In this document: piece after piece, positions 42,211-55,700 of the stretch
How the letters are laid out: each line of letters begins with the position of its first letter
Numbering within the stretch: the first letter of the stretch is position 1
Source: Vermamoeba vermiformis
Lineage: Eukaryota
Length of the DNA stretch: 64,000 bases
Direction: 5' to 3'
Assembly (NCBI GenBank): GCA_045837725.1
Contig: JBEWZL010000198.1
Coordinates: forward strand, 62,001-126,000
Notes under the pieces: generated by a model
Seen by the model: the letters and a program-made list of their open reading frames with translations, nothing else
Told to the model about the DNA's origin: nothing
Databases searched by the model: none
Program-made: the position numbers and the translations under genes

Positions 42211-45200
42211 ATGGACGCAGAGCTTCTTAAGAAAGTTCTGGCTGATAGATCTGGCAAGGTTATTGGTGCTCAAACGATTTTAAAATCTGATCATTATGGC
42301 GCAGCCGCAAGTAAAAAGATCACTTCATCCCGCGTAGCTGGTGCTCCTAACTTCAGATGCGTTAATTACCCGGATACGAAAATACCTGTTTTCGCTGTTG
42401 GCCAACCAACGGCATTTGGCATTAGAGCCGTTATGAACGTAATTCAAGGTAATTATTAAAAATATTGTGCGATTATTTCTTTAGACTCTAACCGAATTCC
42501 TCATCCGAAATTTATTCCCGTTTGTAACCTCTCGAGACGTTTATTTACCACATTATTTCAACAAAAATCGTAAAAATATATTACATTTGATTTATGCGCC
42601 ATTACTTTATGATTTTCAAAGCATATGGAGCTAATTTTTTCTACAGTTGACCACGGCAAGGATCGTCCTATTCTTTGGATCAATTTGCGTGAAGGTACGT
42701 TCTTAATGACTTCGCAGTATCAAATTTTATCGTAAATCGTTTGTTGTCGACGTCAGATCTGACACCCTAATTTAGAACCCGTCATTTACATCAACAAGCG
42801 CCCTTATGTTCTTAGAGAATCTGATTTTCCGCTAAGAAATATGGCTATTTATTCTGGTGTAGCCAGTAGTAGCTTAGAAAATATGGAGAGTCGAATTAAA
42901 GTATGATCGATTGTTGCGAGTGGTTTGTACTAACGGATGTGATCTGCCTTGTTAGGAAGATATCTTGCATGAGGCTAGCAAATACGGAGGAAATATTATC
43001 ATCCACGAGGAAGAAGATGGGGAAGTTATTCCGTGCTGGGAAGCTGTTACAAGTGATAACGTGCAGACACCACGCGAGGTCTATGACTCACTTACTAAGG
43101 CCGAATACGAGTACGTAATGATCTATTGACTGCGCTATTACATTGACTAACAATGCTTGACAGGGTAACTTATGCACGCTTGCCGCTGACTCCTGAAGGA
43201 CCTATCAAGCGCAAGAAGGCGGACACTTTGTTAGGCCTCATCAAGACATACGCGAGCACTCACAGCATTATCTTTAACTGTCAGATGGGTATGTCTAAAA
43301 CAACACTACAGTAACGCTTGCTAATGAGTTGTGGACTAGGTCTCGGTCGCTCAACACTAGGCATGATCATTGCTTGTTTGTACCACGTCAATGCGCATAG
43401 ACTTAAAGTCGATTACGTCACTAACCACGATGAAAAACACGGGGAACTCGCTCCTTACTACAAGTACGTCCCATATTCTAACTATAATGCATAAGTAGTG
43501 CTTAATGGAGTATTCTAGGGGAGAGTACGCGATGGTATTGAGTTTGACGCGGTTGATGGAAGAAGGCAAAGACATCAAGTCAGACGTTGATTATTGTGTC
43601 GATCATTGCGGTCTCTTGCACAACATTCGTGAAACAATCTTCCTCATTCGTGAGCAAGCTGAGACGTCACGTACCACTCTTGACACTCAAGCCCTGTTGA
43701 GCAGTGGTGCTAATTACTTGGCCCGTTACGTGCACTTAATAGCGCTCAACAACTACTTGCGCGAACAGGCACCAAAGCTCGAAATGACTTTCAATGAATG
43801 GACTGCCCAACACCACGAGTTCTGTAAGCACTTGCCATACTTCATCTAAAATTCTCAGAATCTGATATTTGCATCCAGATACGGTTATTAAGACTATCAC
43901 TTCGCATCCTGAACGTGCACTCAGACTTAACCTTGAGAGATTGGACACGACACAAGAACGATTCATTAAAGCCAGAAAAGGCAATGTGCTGGGCCCTGGA
44001 TCGATCATCAAGAGCGATGTGTTCCCTGGTCTGTACAAGAAAGACATCAATCAAGTCGCGACTGGTGCACCGAACTTCAGAAAAGCCATCAACAGAGATA
44101 TTTTTGCATGTGCCGCTCCGACAGCTGAAGGCATTGTTAATGCTGTCAAGTACATCTTGAGCACTTCCAAAAATAGTAAGTCTATTGTCAGCCATACTAG
44201 CGCTAGTATCTCATGCAAAACAAACAGAAAAAATCATCTGGATCAATCTCCGAGAAGAGCCTGTGTGCTACATCAACGGCAATCCCTACGTGAGTCCAAT
44301 CATATTTTTTATTTAATTTTATTACTAATCAACTTGCAGTCCCTTCGCCAAGCCGAATTCCCGATGAGAAACTTCAGTATTTACACGTAAGTCAAATTTT
44401 TTTCGCGGTAATGCCACATACTTACGCTGGTGCCAGTGGTATCTCAGCAGATCACGTGGACAAGATGGAACGAAGATTGAAGCAAGATGTGTTGACTGAA
44501 GCTGGAGAAAATGGACAAAGACTGTACACGCACGAAGAGAACGAGTCAATGGAAGTCAATCCTGTCTGGTGCGATGTTCACTCGGTCCAAACACCGCGCG
44601 AAGTTTTCACTGAAATGCAGCCACAATTCACCGTTGAATTGAAGTACACTAGACTGCCAATCACTACTGAACAGCCTCCTGAGATCAAAGTAAGAAAAAA
44701 ATATCTTGGTACATCACGCGAAATTTTTATTGATCGGAATGACAGGACTTTGACGATTTGTTGACTATTCTCGAAGAATGCGATGACAACACCAGTGTGA
44801 TTATGAACTGTCAAATTGGCGTTGGACGAAGTACGACAGGCATGGTCATGTGCTACTTGGTCGATTACTGGAAGAAAAACTCGGTCAATGCACTCGCTGT
44901 AAGTGTCAACTACGTGTCATACCCGACAACTCCTTTAACATCACTCATTAGGCCGAGCAATTCAAGCACTATTATCCCTCCGAAAAGACTGACTTCCCGA
45001 TCACGAGCTCGTTGGTCAGACTGTTGAGTCATGGTCACCGCACTAAGATGCAAGTTGATTGGGCAATTGACAACTGTGGCGAAACACAGGTACGTACTAT
45101 TTATGCCCTTCTTAATACTAGACTTATGTAACGCCTACATTCTGCAAAACTTTTACTGGATCCACCCTTTTATCATTTTCGCCAGATTTAAAATTCTACT

Positions 45201-47115
45201 TGCAAATAATATGACATTCGAGTGTGTTAATAATGCTTGTTAGAACTTGCGTTTGAGCATCAACGACATCTTGAAGAAGAGTGAAGGCGCGCGTAGAAAA
45301 GAGGATGTGAGAGCATTCACAAAACGAGCGGCCAAATACGCAGAACGATACTTCTATTTGATCGCTTTCAACGCTTATCTCGCTGAATCTTTTGAATCCA
45401 AGTTCAAACCTTCGTTCACTGAATGGATGGAGAATCGCCGTGAAATTACAACGCTTTTGCAAGAGTTGTTCCACGACCCTGAAAAGGCTTTGATTGACTC
45501 CGTGCACATTGAAGAAGAAAATGTCTCGACGTTCATTGCTAACAGGTACTGATATAGTGACACTAGAGTATACAAGAGCTTTAAATATTTATCGTATTTT
45601 TTTGTGCAGATCTGGCAATGTTTTGTCCTCGGGCACGTTGCTCAAAGCAGATCATTTCCCAGGCTGTCAAAACAATTCATTGCCAATTTCAATCAACGGC
45701 GCACCAAACTTCCGTCAAGTCTCGCCTGACATTCACGTGTACGGTGTCGCTATTCCCACCGAAGATGGCATCAAGAACGTGCTGCACCATTTGAACGCTG
45801 GTCCAACTGGTGTCAACAACGTCGTGTGGATCAACTTGCGTGAAGGTACATCCTCACACTAATAAGTCTCCAATGTGTTAATGTTGCCGTATTTAACAGA
45901 GCCTGTAACCTACGTGAACGGCCGTCCTTACGTCGTTCGCAGCGTGAATGCGCCGTACGAGAACTTGGCGCACACAGGCATCACTGTGAGTCGTGTGGAA
46001 GAGATGGAAGTGCGGCTCAAAGAAGACATCAAGCAAGAACTGGCCATTCCCGAGCACTGTAAGTTAATAGTGTGGTTACTGCATGCTAGTAGGCCTTGCT
46101 AATGGTGCGTCATAGACAACAAGGTGTTGTTGCACGATGAAGCAGGCGCCGGTCATTTGTTGGCCAAGTTTGAAGAAATTCTCGACTTTGACACGAACAT
46201 TATGACACCGAAAGAATACTACGCGAGGTATATATAACACACTTTTAATATGACCTTCGTACTAATGCTTGTGCAGTATTGTTAAAGACGGCTATCGTGT
46301 CAAATATTATCGCATTGCCATCACCGACGAACAAGCGCCCAAGATGACAGTACGTACTAACATATGCATATTGTTAACTACTATCATGTTATAGCCACTG
46401 TTATCTATTGTGAGACTAACGTGCATTTGCATCGCTAGGACTTTGATGATTTGTTCGCGGTACTTAAGACGCTGTCACCCGAGACACATGTGATTTTCAA
46501 CTGTCAAATGGGCCGAGGCCGTACTACGACTGGCACTGTCATTGCAACTATGTTAGCGGCATCGAAATTACATGTCAATTTGGGCCCTGCACCGAAGAGC
46601 CGATGGGAGTACAAGACTATTGTCCGATTGACGCGCATGTTGACTAACGGCACTGAAGACAAGCAATTCGCTGATAAGGTCATTGATATGTGCAGGTATG
46701 TTATTAAAATTAATTCCCTATATTGATAATTTTATTAATAATTTTATTAGTGCCATGCAAAATCTTCGCGAGGCAATTAAAACGTTGAAAAATCAAGAGG
46801 AGGCAGCTACCGACCCAGCCAAGAAAGATGGGGCTCATATCCGTGCGGTTAATTATCTCAAGCGCTATTTCCACTTGATTTTGTTCGCTTCATACGTCAA
46901 AGAACAGGCAAGTCGAATCTGTTGTGGATTTGAATCCAGATCGTACTAACAGATTATTTTAATAGGAAGTATTACCTGCTAACGAAGCATATAAGATACC
47001 ATTTGGTGAATGGTTCGCTCAAAGACCCGAATATGAATCATTGCTGCACAAAAATGACATTTCAGAAGTGGATCCCGATCATCCCGCAAAAAGTCCTTCG
47101 ATGGTGTCTCTTTAA
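42211..47115 (+). CDS. Paladin-like protein with three PTP-like (inositol phosphatase) repeats
   Basis: Three repeats of R-x-G-x-V...K[SA]D...GAPNFR...WINLREEP...YVNG-x-PY, each with a CX5R loop (NCQMGLGRST, NCQIGVGRST, NCQMGRGRTT). Confidence 0.88.
46908..46965 (+). other. GC-AG intron (last intron of paladin-like gene)
   Basis: CAG|GCAAGT donor, TACTAAC branch point and TAG acceptor. Removal gives YVKEQ-EVLPANEAYKIPFGEWF, matching the F-x-EW motif of the other repeats. Confidence 0.8.
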
Positions 47116-47651
47116 ACCTGCGATAAATATGAAGATATTATATAGACCCTAAGCATTCGAAATTTTGTTATATTTTGTGTATTACCTCATTCAGGTCCCG
47201 TCATACTAAATCGGTACATTTGAGCCACGTGCTACTGACAGCTTGCAAGTCGGTTGCGCAAGAAAACAGAATCTTCGTTCATCTTGCGAGACTTGTCAAA
47301 ACCGAATCATAGATATTTGCAATTTTGCATAGTCGACGTCAGCAGATTAGTGTAAGTGAAATTCTAGCGAGTTTGTTTTTTGTTTTCATGAACGAAAAAA
47401 TCTGTAATTGAACACCACAAATCCTACGATTAATGTTTATATCAAATTAGTGGTGCTATAATATATATAATCCGATGAGCAGCTTTGTACGTATTTGACA
47501 CGCATCTAATTCCTTTTTTCAGACGTTACTTTATTTTTCCATAATTAATTTCTAAAATTACTATAATGCTCAAATTCCGTTAGATTATATTCACATCGAT
47601 ATATTACACCCAAATTAATTTTTGGATTGCTAATAGGAACACGCAATAAGA

Positions 47652-48419
47652 ATGCCCCCGATGGATGGCCGCAGAGACAGAGACAACTCTTTGTCAAAGT
47701 TTTTACACAAATTAGAGCTTCACAAATACGTGCGAGGCATAGTATATGGTGGAACTGATGGAATTATCACGATTTTTGCTGTCGTTGCTGGTGTTTCAGG
47801 TGCATCTCTTTCCACGAGCATTTTGCTGATCTTAGGCGTGTCGACCTTGGTCTCAGATGCTTTGTCTATGGCTGTATCAGATTACCTTAGTGCGACTGCA
47901 GAGAATGATATGAAGCACGATCAAGAGCGAGAAATAGGACGTGAATACGATGTTGATATTTCGCGGATCAGACAAAAGTTGGTCAAGATCTTCCATTCGC
48001 GTGGATTCAAACCAGAAGACGTAGAACTGCTTGCAAATACCATCGTCAAGGACAGAAAGACGACGATCGATTTCATATTGGCCGATCAAGACGAAGACGA
48101 AGAAAGTCCGCTCAAATCTGGCTGCTACACGTTCATCTCGTTCATGTTTTTCGGTTTTATCCCGCTAATGGCCGATATTATCATCGCTAATGCTGGATAT
48201 AGCCTCGTCTCATCGAACGACACCTTTTTGACTGCTTGTTTCTTCTCTTTTGTGACTCTCTTCATGCTTGGTGCGATCAAGGCCAAATTTACCAATCAGA
48301 ACCCGACATGGAGTGGATTGCAAATGGTAGCTATCGGTGGTGTGGCCTCGATCGTGGCATACGTGATTGCCTTTGGTTTGTCGGGCTACGATCCAGAGAG
48401 CGCCAAAGTTGCTGAATAA
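47652..48419 (+). CDS. VIT1/CCC1 family iron/manganese transporter
   Basis: YVRGIVYGGTDGIITIFAVVAG, DALSMAVSDYLS, SPLKSG...FISFMFFGFIPL, LFMLGAIKA. Confidence 0.92.
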   Translation: MPPMDGRRDRDNSLSKFLHKLELHKYVRGIVYGGTDGIITIFAVVAGVSGASLSTSILLILGVSTLVSDALSMAVSDYLSATAENDMKHDQEREIGREYDVDISRIRQKLVKIFHSRGFKPEDVELLANTIVKDRKTTIDFILADQDEDEESPLKSGCYTFISFMFFGFIPLMADIIIANAGYSLVSSNDTFLTACFFSFVTLFMLGAIKAKFTNQNPTWSGLQMVAIGGVASIVAYVIAFGLSGYDPESAKVAE

Positions 48420-48840
48420 TACATTGCGCGGCGGTGGATGCAGCGCGAAATCAATATCAACGCGGTATCTGCTGTCATAATACAATTTTGTACTAAACTC
48501 CGCCGATATTTTTATCGGTAATTGTACTGGAACGGAAATTGAACACTGCATCCAGTCTTTGTAAATAAAATTTATTCGTCATTTCCAACCGACCGACCAC
48601 ATCCACAATCCAAACCCTCTTTTACATAAAACCCGTTCTTCACCGACTTACGATAACCTTGTTCGCTACGATTTTACTTGAAAACCCTTGTGTGGTGGGT
48701 TATTTCCCGGTTATTTTTAGCGAGATTGCACGGGAGATTCTGAGCGAAAAAACCAACGAGGTTTCATTTCAGCTGCCTGTAAAGCCTCAGCGAGCACAAC
48801 TGACAAATTTTAATAAGAAAGTTTATATTAAACCAACAAT

Positions 48841-50093
48841 ATGCCTACTGAAATCAAGTTAGTCGTTATGGGTTCCGGTGGTGTCGGCAAATCAGCCATC
48901 ACGGTACGCGAGCTTGGTCTTTTCTCTTTGCTCGAGCGATAGGTGCCAAAGGGTCCGCACTGCATCGAGTTGGTGCGGTACTCATAGGCAAATCACTTAG
49001 AGCTAATTATAAAAACCTTCTAATTGTAAAATTAATATCAACTAATTAAATCTTAACTGTTAGGTCCAATTTATTCAAGGCATCTTCATTAAGAAGGTAT
49101 GTGCGATGTAGAATATGAATACTTGCTAATGTGGATATTTTCCGACCATTTGTTGCAATACGTTCAATTAATCTTGATCGAAAATTGAATTCGTTTCTTT
49201 ACCCGCGCTTAATCGCGTCTTCAGCTGTTATTTTGACATAGTATCGTGCACAGAGACTAACGTATGTTATATTTACAATAGTACGACCCTACTATTGAAG
49301 AAAGCTACCGCAAAACAGTAGACGTGGATGGAAAACAATTTATGTTGGAAATTCTCGATACAGCCGGAACAGTAAGTCATTTATACACTATTTATATGGA
49401 CTATAGAGCTGTATTATAATTTATTTAGGAGTTTTTTTAATTTTTCTGGTGACCGTTACACGACCGCGCATCAGATTGAAATTTTCGGTTACAATATCTT
49501 AGCGCTTTCACCTGCATTATATTTGATTATTAACACGCGTATTAATATGATCTTAATAGGAACAATTCACTGCCATGAGAGATCTTTACATGAAGAACGG
49601 TCAAGTAAGTCTGACAATCCAGAGCTGCGCGATTATCCCGAGCTCAAATTATTGGCTTTATCGTGCAATATTATTTATAATAATATTTATGTCGATATTT
49701 ATGCTAATTGATGCTCTAATAGGGTTTTGCTCTTGTTTACTCGCTCATCTCCGAGTCAACTTTCCAAGATCTCAAACTCATTCGCAATCAAATTGTTAAA
49801 GTCAAGGATACTGAGGATGTAAGTAATATAATACTATTTTACTATTATTCTTAATATATGCTAATTCGGAGCAGATCCCGATGGTGTTGGTTGGCAACAA
49901 GTGCGATCTTGAAGAGAAGCGAGTGGTGACCAAAGAACAGGGTCAAGAGCTCGCCAAAGAGTTTAACAACTGCCACTTTTACGAGTCATCGGCCAAGACC
50001 CGAGTCAACATTGATGAAATCTTTTATGATCTCGTCAGACAAGTTATTTCAAAGGGCGGCGTTGCTAAGAAGAAGCGATGCATCATCTTGTAA
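48841..50093 (+). CDS. Rap1-like small GTPase
   Basis: [39 protein letters not shown] (Rap-type Thr61), NKCD, SAK and CAAX box CIIL. Confidence 0.93.
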
Positions 50094-50317
50094 AGAAGAA
50101 CAGGGCTAGTTAAGTGAGATATAGCACTAGTAATATATTTATAATTTATTATGCGATTATTGCAATTATTTATTAGATCCGGAAAAAGATCTGATAATTA
50201 AAATTCGATGTAAAAAGCAGATTTTTTTTTAATCTAAAGTGTATTGTTAATAATAAAATTATTTAAACGAAGAAAGCATCGTTTATACTTTAAATTAATA
50301 ATACAACGGTTATATTT

Positions 50318-52474
50318 TTATTTCAACAAAGGTTTCAAATTTTGTTTCAATCGTTCACCGCCAGCACGAATGGTCTCGTCTTTTTTGCAGAAAGCAAAGC
50401 GCGCGAAGTTAGCAGCGAGTGATTGGTGCTCGGTGGAATAGAAGGCTGAGGGAGGAATGGCTGCAACACCAATGTCACGTGTCAACCAGCGACACAACTG
50501 CCAGTCACGCGGCACGGTGCTCGACTTGTCGTAGAACCTAACGGAGGTGTGATTAGGAGACGTGCTAGTGACTATATTTGCAATGAGATTGGCGCTTACA
50601 ATCGATCAGGCACGCTGCTGGTGTCAGCGAGAACAAAGTAGGAGCCTTCAGGCACGACAGTCTTCAAGCCACTCTCTTGCAACAGACCAACGAGCAGTTC
50701 TCGCTTCTTCAAGAACATCTCGTGCAGGTTAGCCCAATAGTTGCGTGAGTCTGATTGTTCCTATAAGGAGCGAATACCATCTTAGTCAAAAGTGGATCTC
50801 GATCTGATCAAACCGAAAACTTACGAGAGCTCGAGCAATGCCTTCTTGCATAGGAGTAGCGACGGAGAAAGTGAGTTGTTGATGAATTTTGAACATGGCT
50901 TCGACGAACCAAGCAGGACCAATCGCCCAACCGACTTTGTAACCCGTGACTGAGTACGACTTGCCCGCACTGCCGATGGAAATGCATCGATCGAACATGT
51001 CTGGGAATGTAGCCATGCGAGGATACTCGGGAGTATAGACCATCCATTCATATACCTGCGTTAGTAAAACCAGATTAGGGACTTGTATAGGTACGAGAAG
51101 TGCGTGACGTACCTGATCCATAATCACCAAGAAATCATGTTTTTTCGCTAAAGCAGCAATTGCTTCGAGTTCAGCTCTTTCAGGTTGTTAATGTCAATCA
51201 GATTTGCACGTGAATAAGTAATGAGGTACCTTGTGTAGACTTTGCCGGGCACGTTTTGAGGAGTGTTAATCAGAATAGCTTTAGTCTTCTTAGTGATAGC
51301 CTTTTGAAGTTCGTTCATGTCCAACTTCCAATCAGCTGATGATTTGTTGTCGCCGCTGGGTCTGTTGATGACACGTGTTTGTGAGTACATAATGCTCTAT
51401 TGCTATTATCCCATATGACACCTTACCTCAATGGTACATAGACGCACTTGCCTCCTGCAACTTGCTATAATAGGGGTACTATTAGTACTGATGATATGGA
51501 GTACGAGTTGCGTGAACATGCAGATCCAGGGACTTTTTAATTTGACTTGTGAATGGATGTGGGCAATACTTACAACGCAGTGAGGATATGAGTCGTAAAA
51601 AGGCTCTATTAAAATGACCTCGTCGCCAGGCTTGACAATGGCTTGCATCGCTACGAAGAGTGCTTCAGTCGCACCAACTGTCACTACAATTTCTTTGAGC
51701 GGATCAATTTGTCTGTTAATTCTCTTCGAATATGTCGCGGCCAATGCATTTACCAAGCGAACATCTATAATATTGAGAGTTGTTTAATTATTAGGTCTCC
51801 AGCGCAGATCCCAATGGAGATCAGATCGAAAAATTGAGAAGTTCCAGATCGGTACTTACGACCAGGACTGCGTGCATATTGTACTATATTTTCTTCAACA
51901 GCAGAAGCCGTTTCTTTTAATAACCAATCTTCCGCTGGAAAGTCTGTGGATCGCATCCTTAGTTAATATCACTCATTTAATAAGAGTAATGATTCCAATT
52001 ATTACCAGGAAATCCTTGACCCAAATTAACTGCCTTGTGCTGTTGAGCGAGTGGTGTAAACTCGGTCCAGACTGTTTGAAGTGGGATGGAATCCAGTCTT
52101 TGAGTTGCTAAGTATTTTCTAGGGCCCTAATGGTTATGGGTATTATTAAATATTTTTTCTTAAAATATTATGAGGTATTGATGCCTTGTAGTAATTAAAG
52201 ATATTTCAGAATACCAGATCTGAAAAAATATCCCGGGATATCTCGCTTAAATTAATTTGTAAAATCGTAATTCAGCATATACAAATATTAATATTACCTC
52301 TTCAGTCGATAATTGACGCTTGGTATTTTTTCTGGCTTGATTCAAGCTCACAGCCGTAGTTGGCAACAATTTGCTCTAATCATTGGCAGTTAAGATACTA
52401 ATCGGAGCATAGTTACGATTATTATTGATAGCATTACATACCTTAAATAACAATCGAGTAGTTTGTCCAAGCAT
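50318..52474 (-). CDS. Kynurenine--oxoglutarate/glutamine transaminase (class I PLP aminotransferase), probably mitochondrial
   Basis: VWTEFTPLA...AVNLGQGFPDF, TVGATEAL, EPFYDSY, NTPQNVPGK, GSAGKSYSVTGYKVGW, GVAAIPPSAFY, RFAFCK. Confidence 0.9.
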
Positions 52475-52708
52475 GGTTGTTACTTTCGGATTAGCGTTTG
52501 AAAATAAGAACTGTTCCGCACTTCATTTGTTATGCAGACGGTTAGGATGAGTTCTTATAATACTAGAAATTCTTTTTTACTTGCTCGCAATAAAGCTTAC
52601 CATAGCAGCAGTTGAGGCGGAGATGGATCCACCTTCAGATCAAGCATCATTCTTAATCCAAAAAACCTATTTACTATCGTATTTACAAATCATACATTGG
52701 ATTATTAT

Positions 52709-55700
52709 TTACATAAAATCATCAGACGAGGGCATATATATCGCATAACTCGACTCCAAGTCACTCAGATCCACCGACTTGCCGTTACTTTTTTGACTCT
52801 TATCTTCATCGCTGCTTTGACTAATTAAAAGTTTCAAATTTTGATTTTCTTGCGATGAAGATCTTGAGGCCTTATTCTTCTTCTTATTATCTTTCTTATT
52901 ATTAATCGCGTTCTTAGAATTATTTTTCTTTTTCTTATTCTTGTCGGCACCAATCACAATGGTCTTATTACTATCACTACTACTACCACTGCTATTGTTA
53001 TTATGATGTTGTTTAGTCTCTTTCGTCTTTTTCGTTGATTTTTGAAGTTGTTTTTTGACGCTTCTTGGCGCCACGTCAAAATCATCCAAACTGTCGTCAA
53101 ACAACAACAGCTCATTTTCTTCCGCCGACTTTTTATTCTTCTTGTCTTTGTTCTTGTCTGTATTATCGCCCGAGCTCAATTCAATCACATCTTTCGGCTT
53201 AGTTTTGGTGCTGCCATTGCTCTTACTATGGCTGTCATGATTGTTCTTGATTGTCAGTGACACGAAGGTGTACGCATTGGCCGCTTGTTTCTGCGTCTCA
53301 GATTCCTTGTGATTGTTGCTGTGATAGCTTAACGTGGCCGGCACGTCGTCTTGTTGCGTGCTCAGCGGAATTTCAACGTCTTTCGTTACCTCCGTCGGAG
53401 TTTTTTTCTTCGTACTGAGCATCAATGAGTTTTTCCGCTTCAAGCTGAGCAAGTTCTCCTTCAGTACTTCCGCATCATCGTCATAACTATCTTGCAGTAG
53501 TTTGTTATTAGTGCCCTGCTGCGACTCTAACTCCGATTCTTCAATGCTCATGTGCTCGTGTTCGGGCAGTGATTGTTGCGAGTCCACGTAAGTCAGCTCG
53601 ACTCGTCTATTGTTCACATTGCGACTAACATTTGACGGGTGACTAATACTGTCACTAATATGGCTCATATTGCCAAAGCTAGTTGAGGACCGTTGATTCA
53701 TTGTGCTCGGTTGACTCGGGATCAGCTGCACTTTCTGCGACAAAAGGTGTTCTTCAATGCCAGTATTCAACACCAGAGACAAATGAGGACCTATATAATA
53801 TTAATATTAGTATTTTAGTATTATAGTAGATTGTTAGACGTACTTGGTGTGGGTGCATCCGGTTGAAGTGGTTGCGAGTCTTTAGCTAATATGACATCAG
53901 CGAGTGAGTCGGGGACTCGTGACATTTCGCTGTAAATTTCATGCCTCTTATGCACATCACTATTATTAGTGTTTGTATTGTTATTGTTGGACAACGAGTG
54001 GATGTTGGTGGTTGGATGTGGTTCGTCTTTGATTTTCACTTGCTCGACGTTTGTATTATATACAGGTTCTATATTATGCAAGTTGATGTCATCGTATGAA
54101 TAAGCGTACATAACACTATCAGAAATATCGTAGTCATCGAGAACACTGTCGGTGTAGATCTCCATGATCTGTTCGGATCGTTTTCGTTTCTTGCCAATAT
54201 TAGTATTATCATTTGATATAGAGGTCCTAGTATTGCTCTTCTTCAATATTGATTTTTGAGGTGTTCGTTCCTTCTTTACAAGCAGTGGTCTGTGAGATGT
54301 AGATCCGGATGGAGTCGATCGGACTTCTGCGGCAAAAGAAACATGCATTTGATTGACACTAGGATCATTTTTAATATGGATGTTCTTGTGCGTGGGTCGT
54401 TCAGTCGTTGGGAGAGGGTGATTGCGGTCTTCTGAAAAATCTTCAATGTCATCCAGCCGCAAAACAGATGGAAGAAAGGTAATCTAATATTAAGGATTAT
54501 TAATCTATAATATAAATGGTATTTATAAAGAATACTTGAATAAAAGAGAATAATCAACAAGATCTGGAGCCGAGAAATTATTAGAATTAAATTTAGAAAT
54601 ATTGAAAATAATAATTAATCAATAGTAGGGTCAAATATTATATACGTACTGTTTTGGTAACGGCTGCTCTATTTTTTAATAAGAATTTAATTTTTTGACC
54701 TGTGCCAGAGCAGATTTGACTTAATTCTTTCCAATCCGTAACAGTTTTCAACTTCTTTCGTGGTCTGCTTCTAAAATTACAACTTTCATCGTAAGGATCT
54801 CGAAAGAATGAATTTTCTTGCTTCCACTGTTGCATTCTGTGCTGGATGTTCTGCAAAAGAAATTCTGAGAAAAATTTTGATACAGACAAGGCCGAGCCAA
54901 TAAAATAAATAGCTAATTAAATTCCGCCGTTTATTTACAATTAAATTATTTTAGGGCCTATTTGACGATCAGATCTACACAGCCAAGATCCGTTTCATTT
55001 CGTTAAATGTCCCTTCTAAGCGTGGGTACAAATCAAACGACAAGAAATTCGTCTTATTTAGCTGCACCAACTCTTCTAAATCGTCTTTGGTGTAAGAAGA
55101 GCACAGAGCCACGAGTAACTACAAATCAAACGAATTAGATCCGGATCAGGGTTATAAATCCTTCGCGTCTTTACCTTCAACTCTTCACTACTTTTCAGCG
55201 CACTTTTGACTTGGTCCATATTTATCATTCGTTTCAAGCGTACTCGGTCATCTAGCGACAAAAACGGATCAGATCAAGTTTATCAAAAGTTACTAGGACT
55301 TCAACGGCTTACCTAAGTCTATTGCGGCATATAGAGCATCTAATATATAAATTTCATTCTTTACGACGTTATAGCCATCGAGTAAATAGTCAATGGAGAG
55401 CCAATTCACCTCTAAACCATTGATCACTTTAACCAGCCTTCGGAGTGAGTCTACGTATCTAACGTCCCTATAATACATATGTGAGCATATATAGATGGGC
55501 ATGATATAAATATTCGATAAAAGTAGGAATGAAAAATATTGATTATCTGATCCGTACCAATTCTTTCTCTTAGCGATCTCTATTGCTATGGCATATAGCA
55601 CTACGCCTAATGTATTCGATATTATTTCGCACGAGTAGCCTGCGAATTCGTTCATAAACGTGTAAACATGTAAACTGAAGCCTTCATCATTTGGCTGAAA

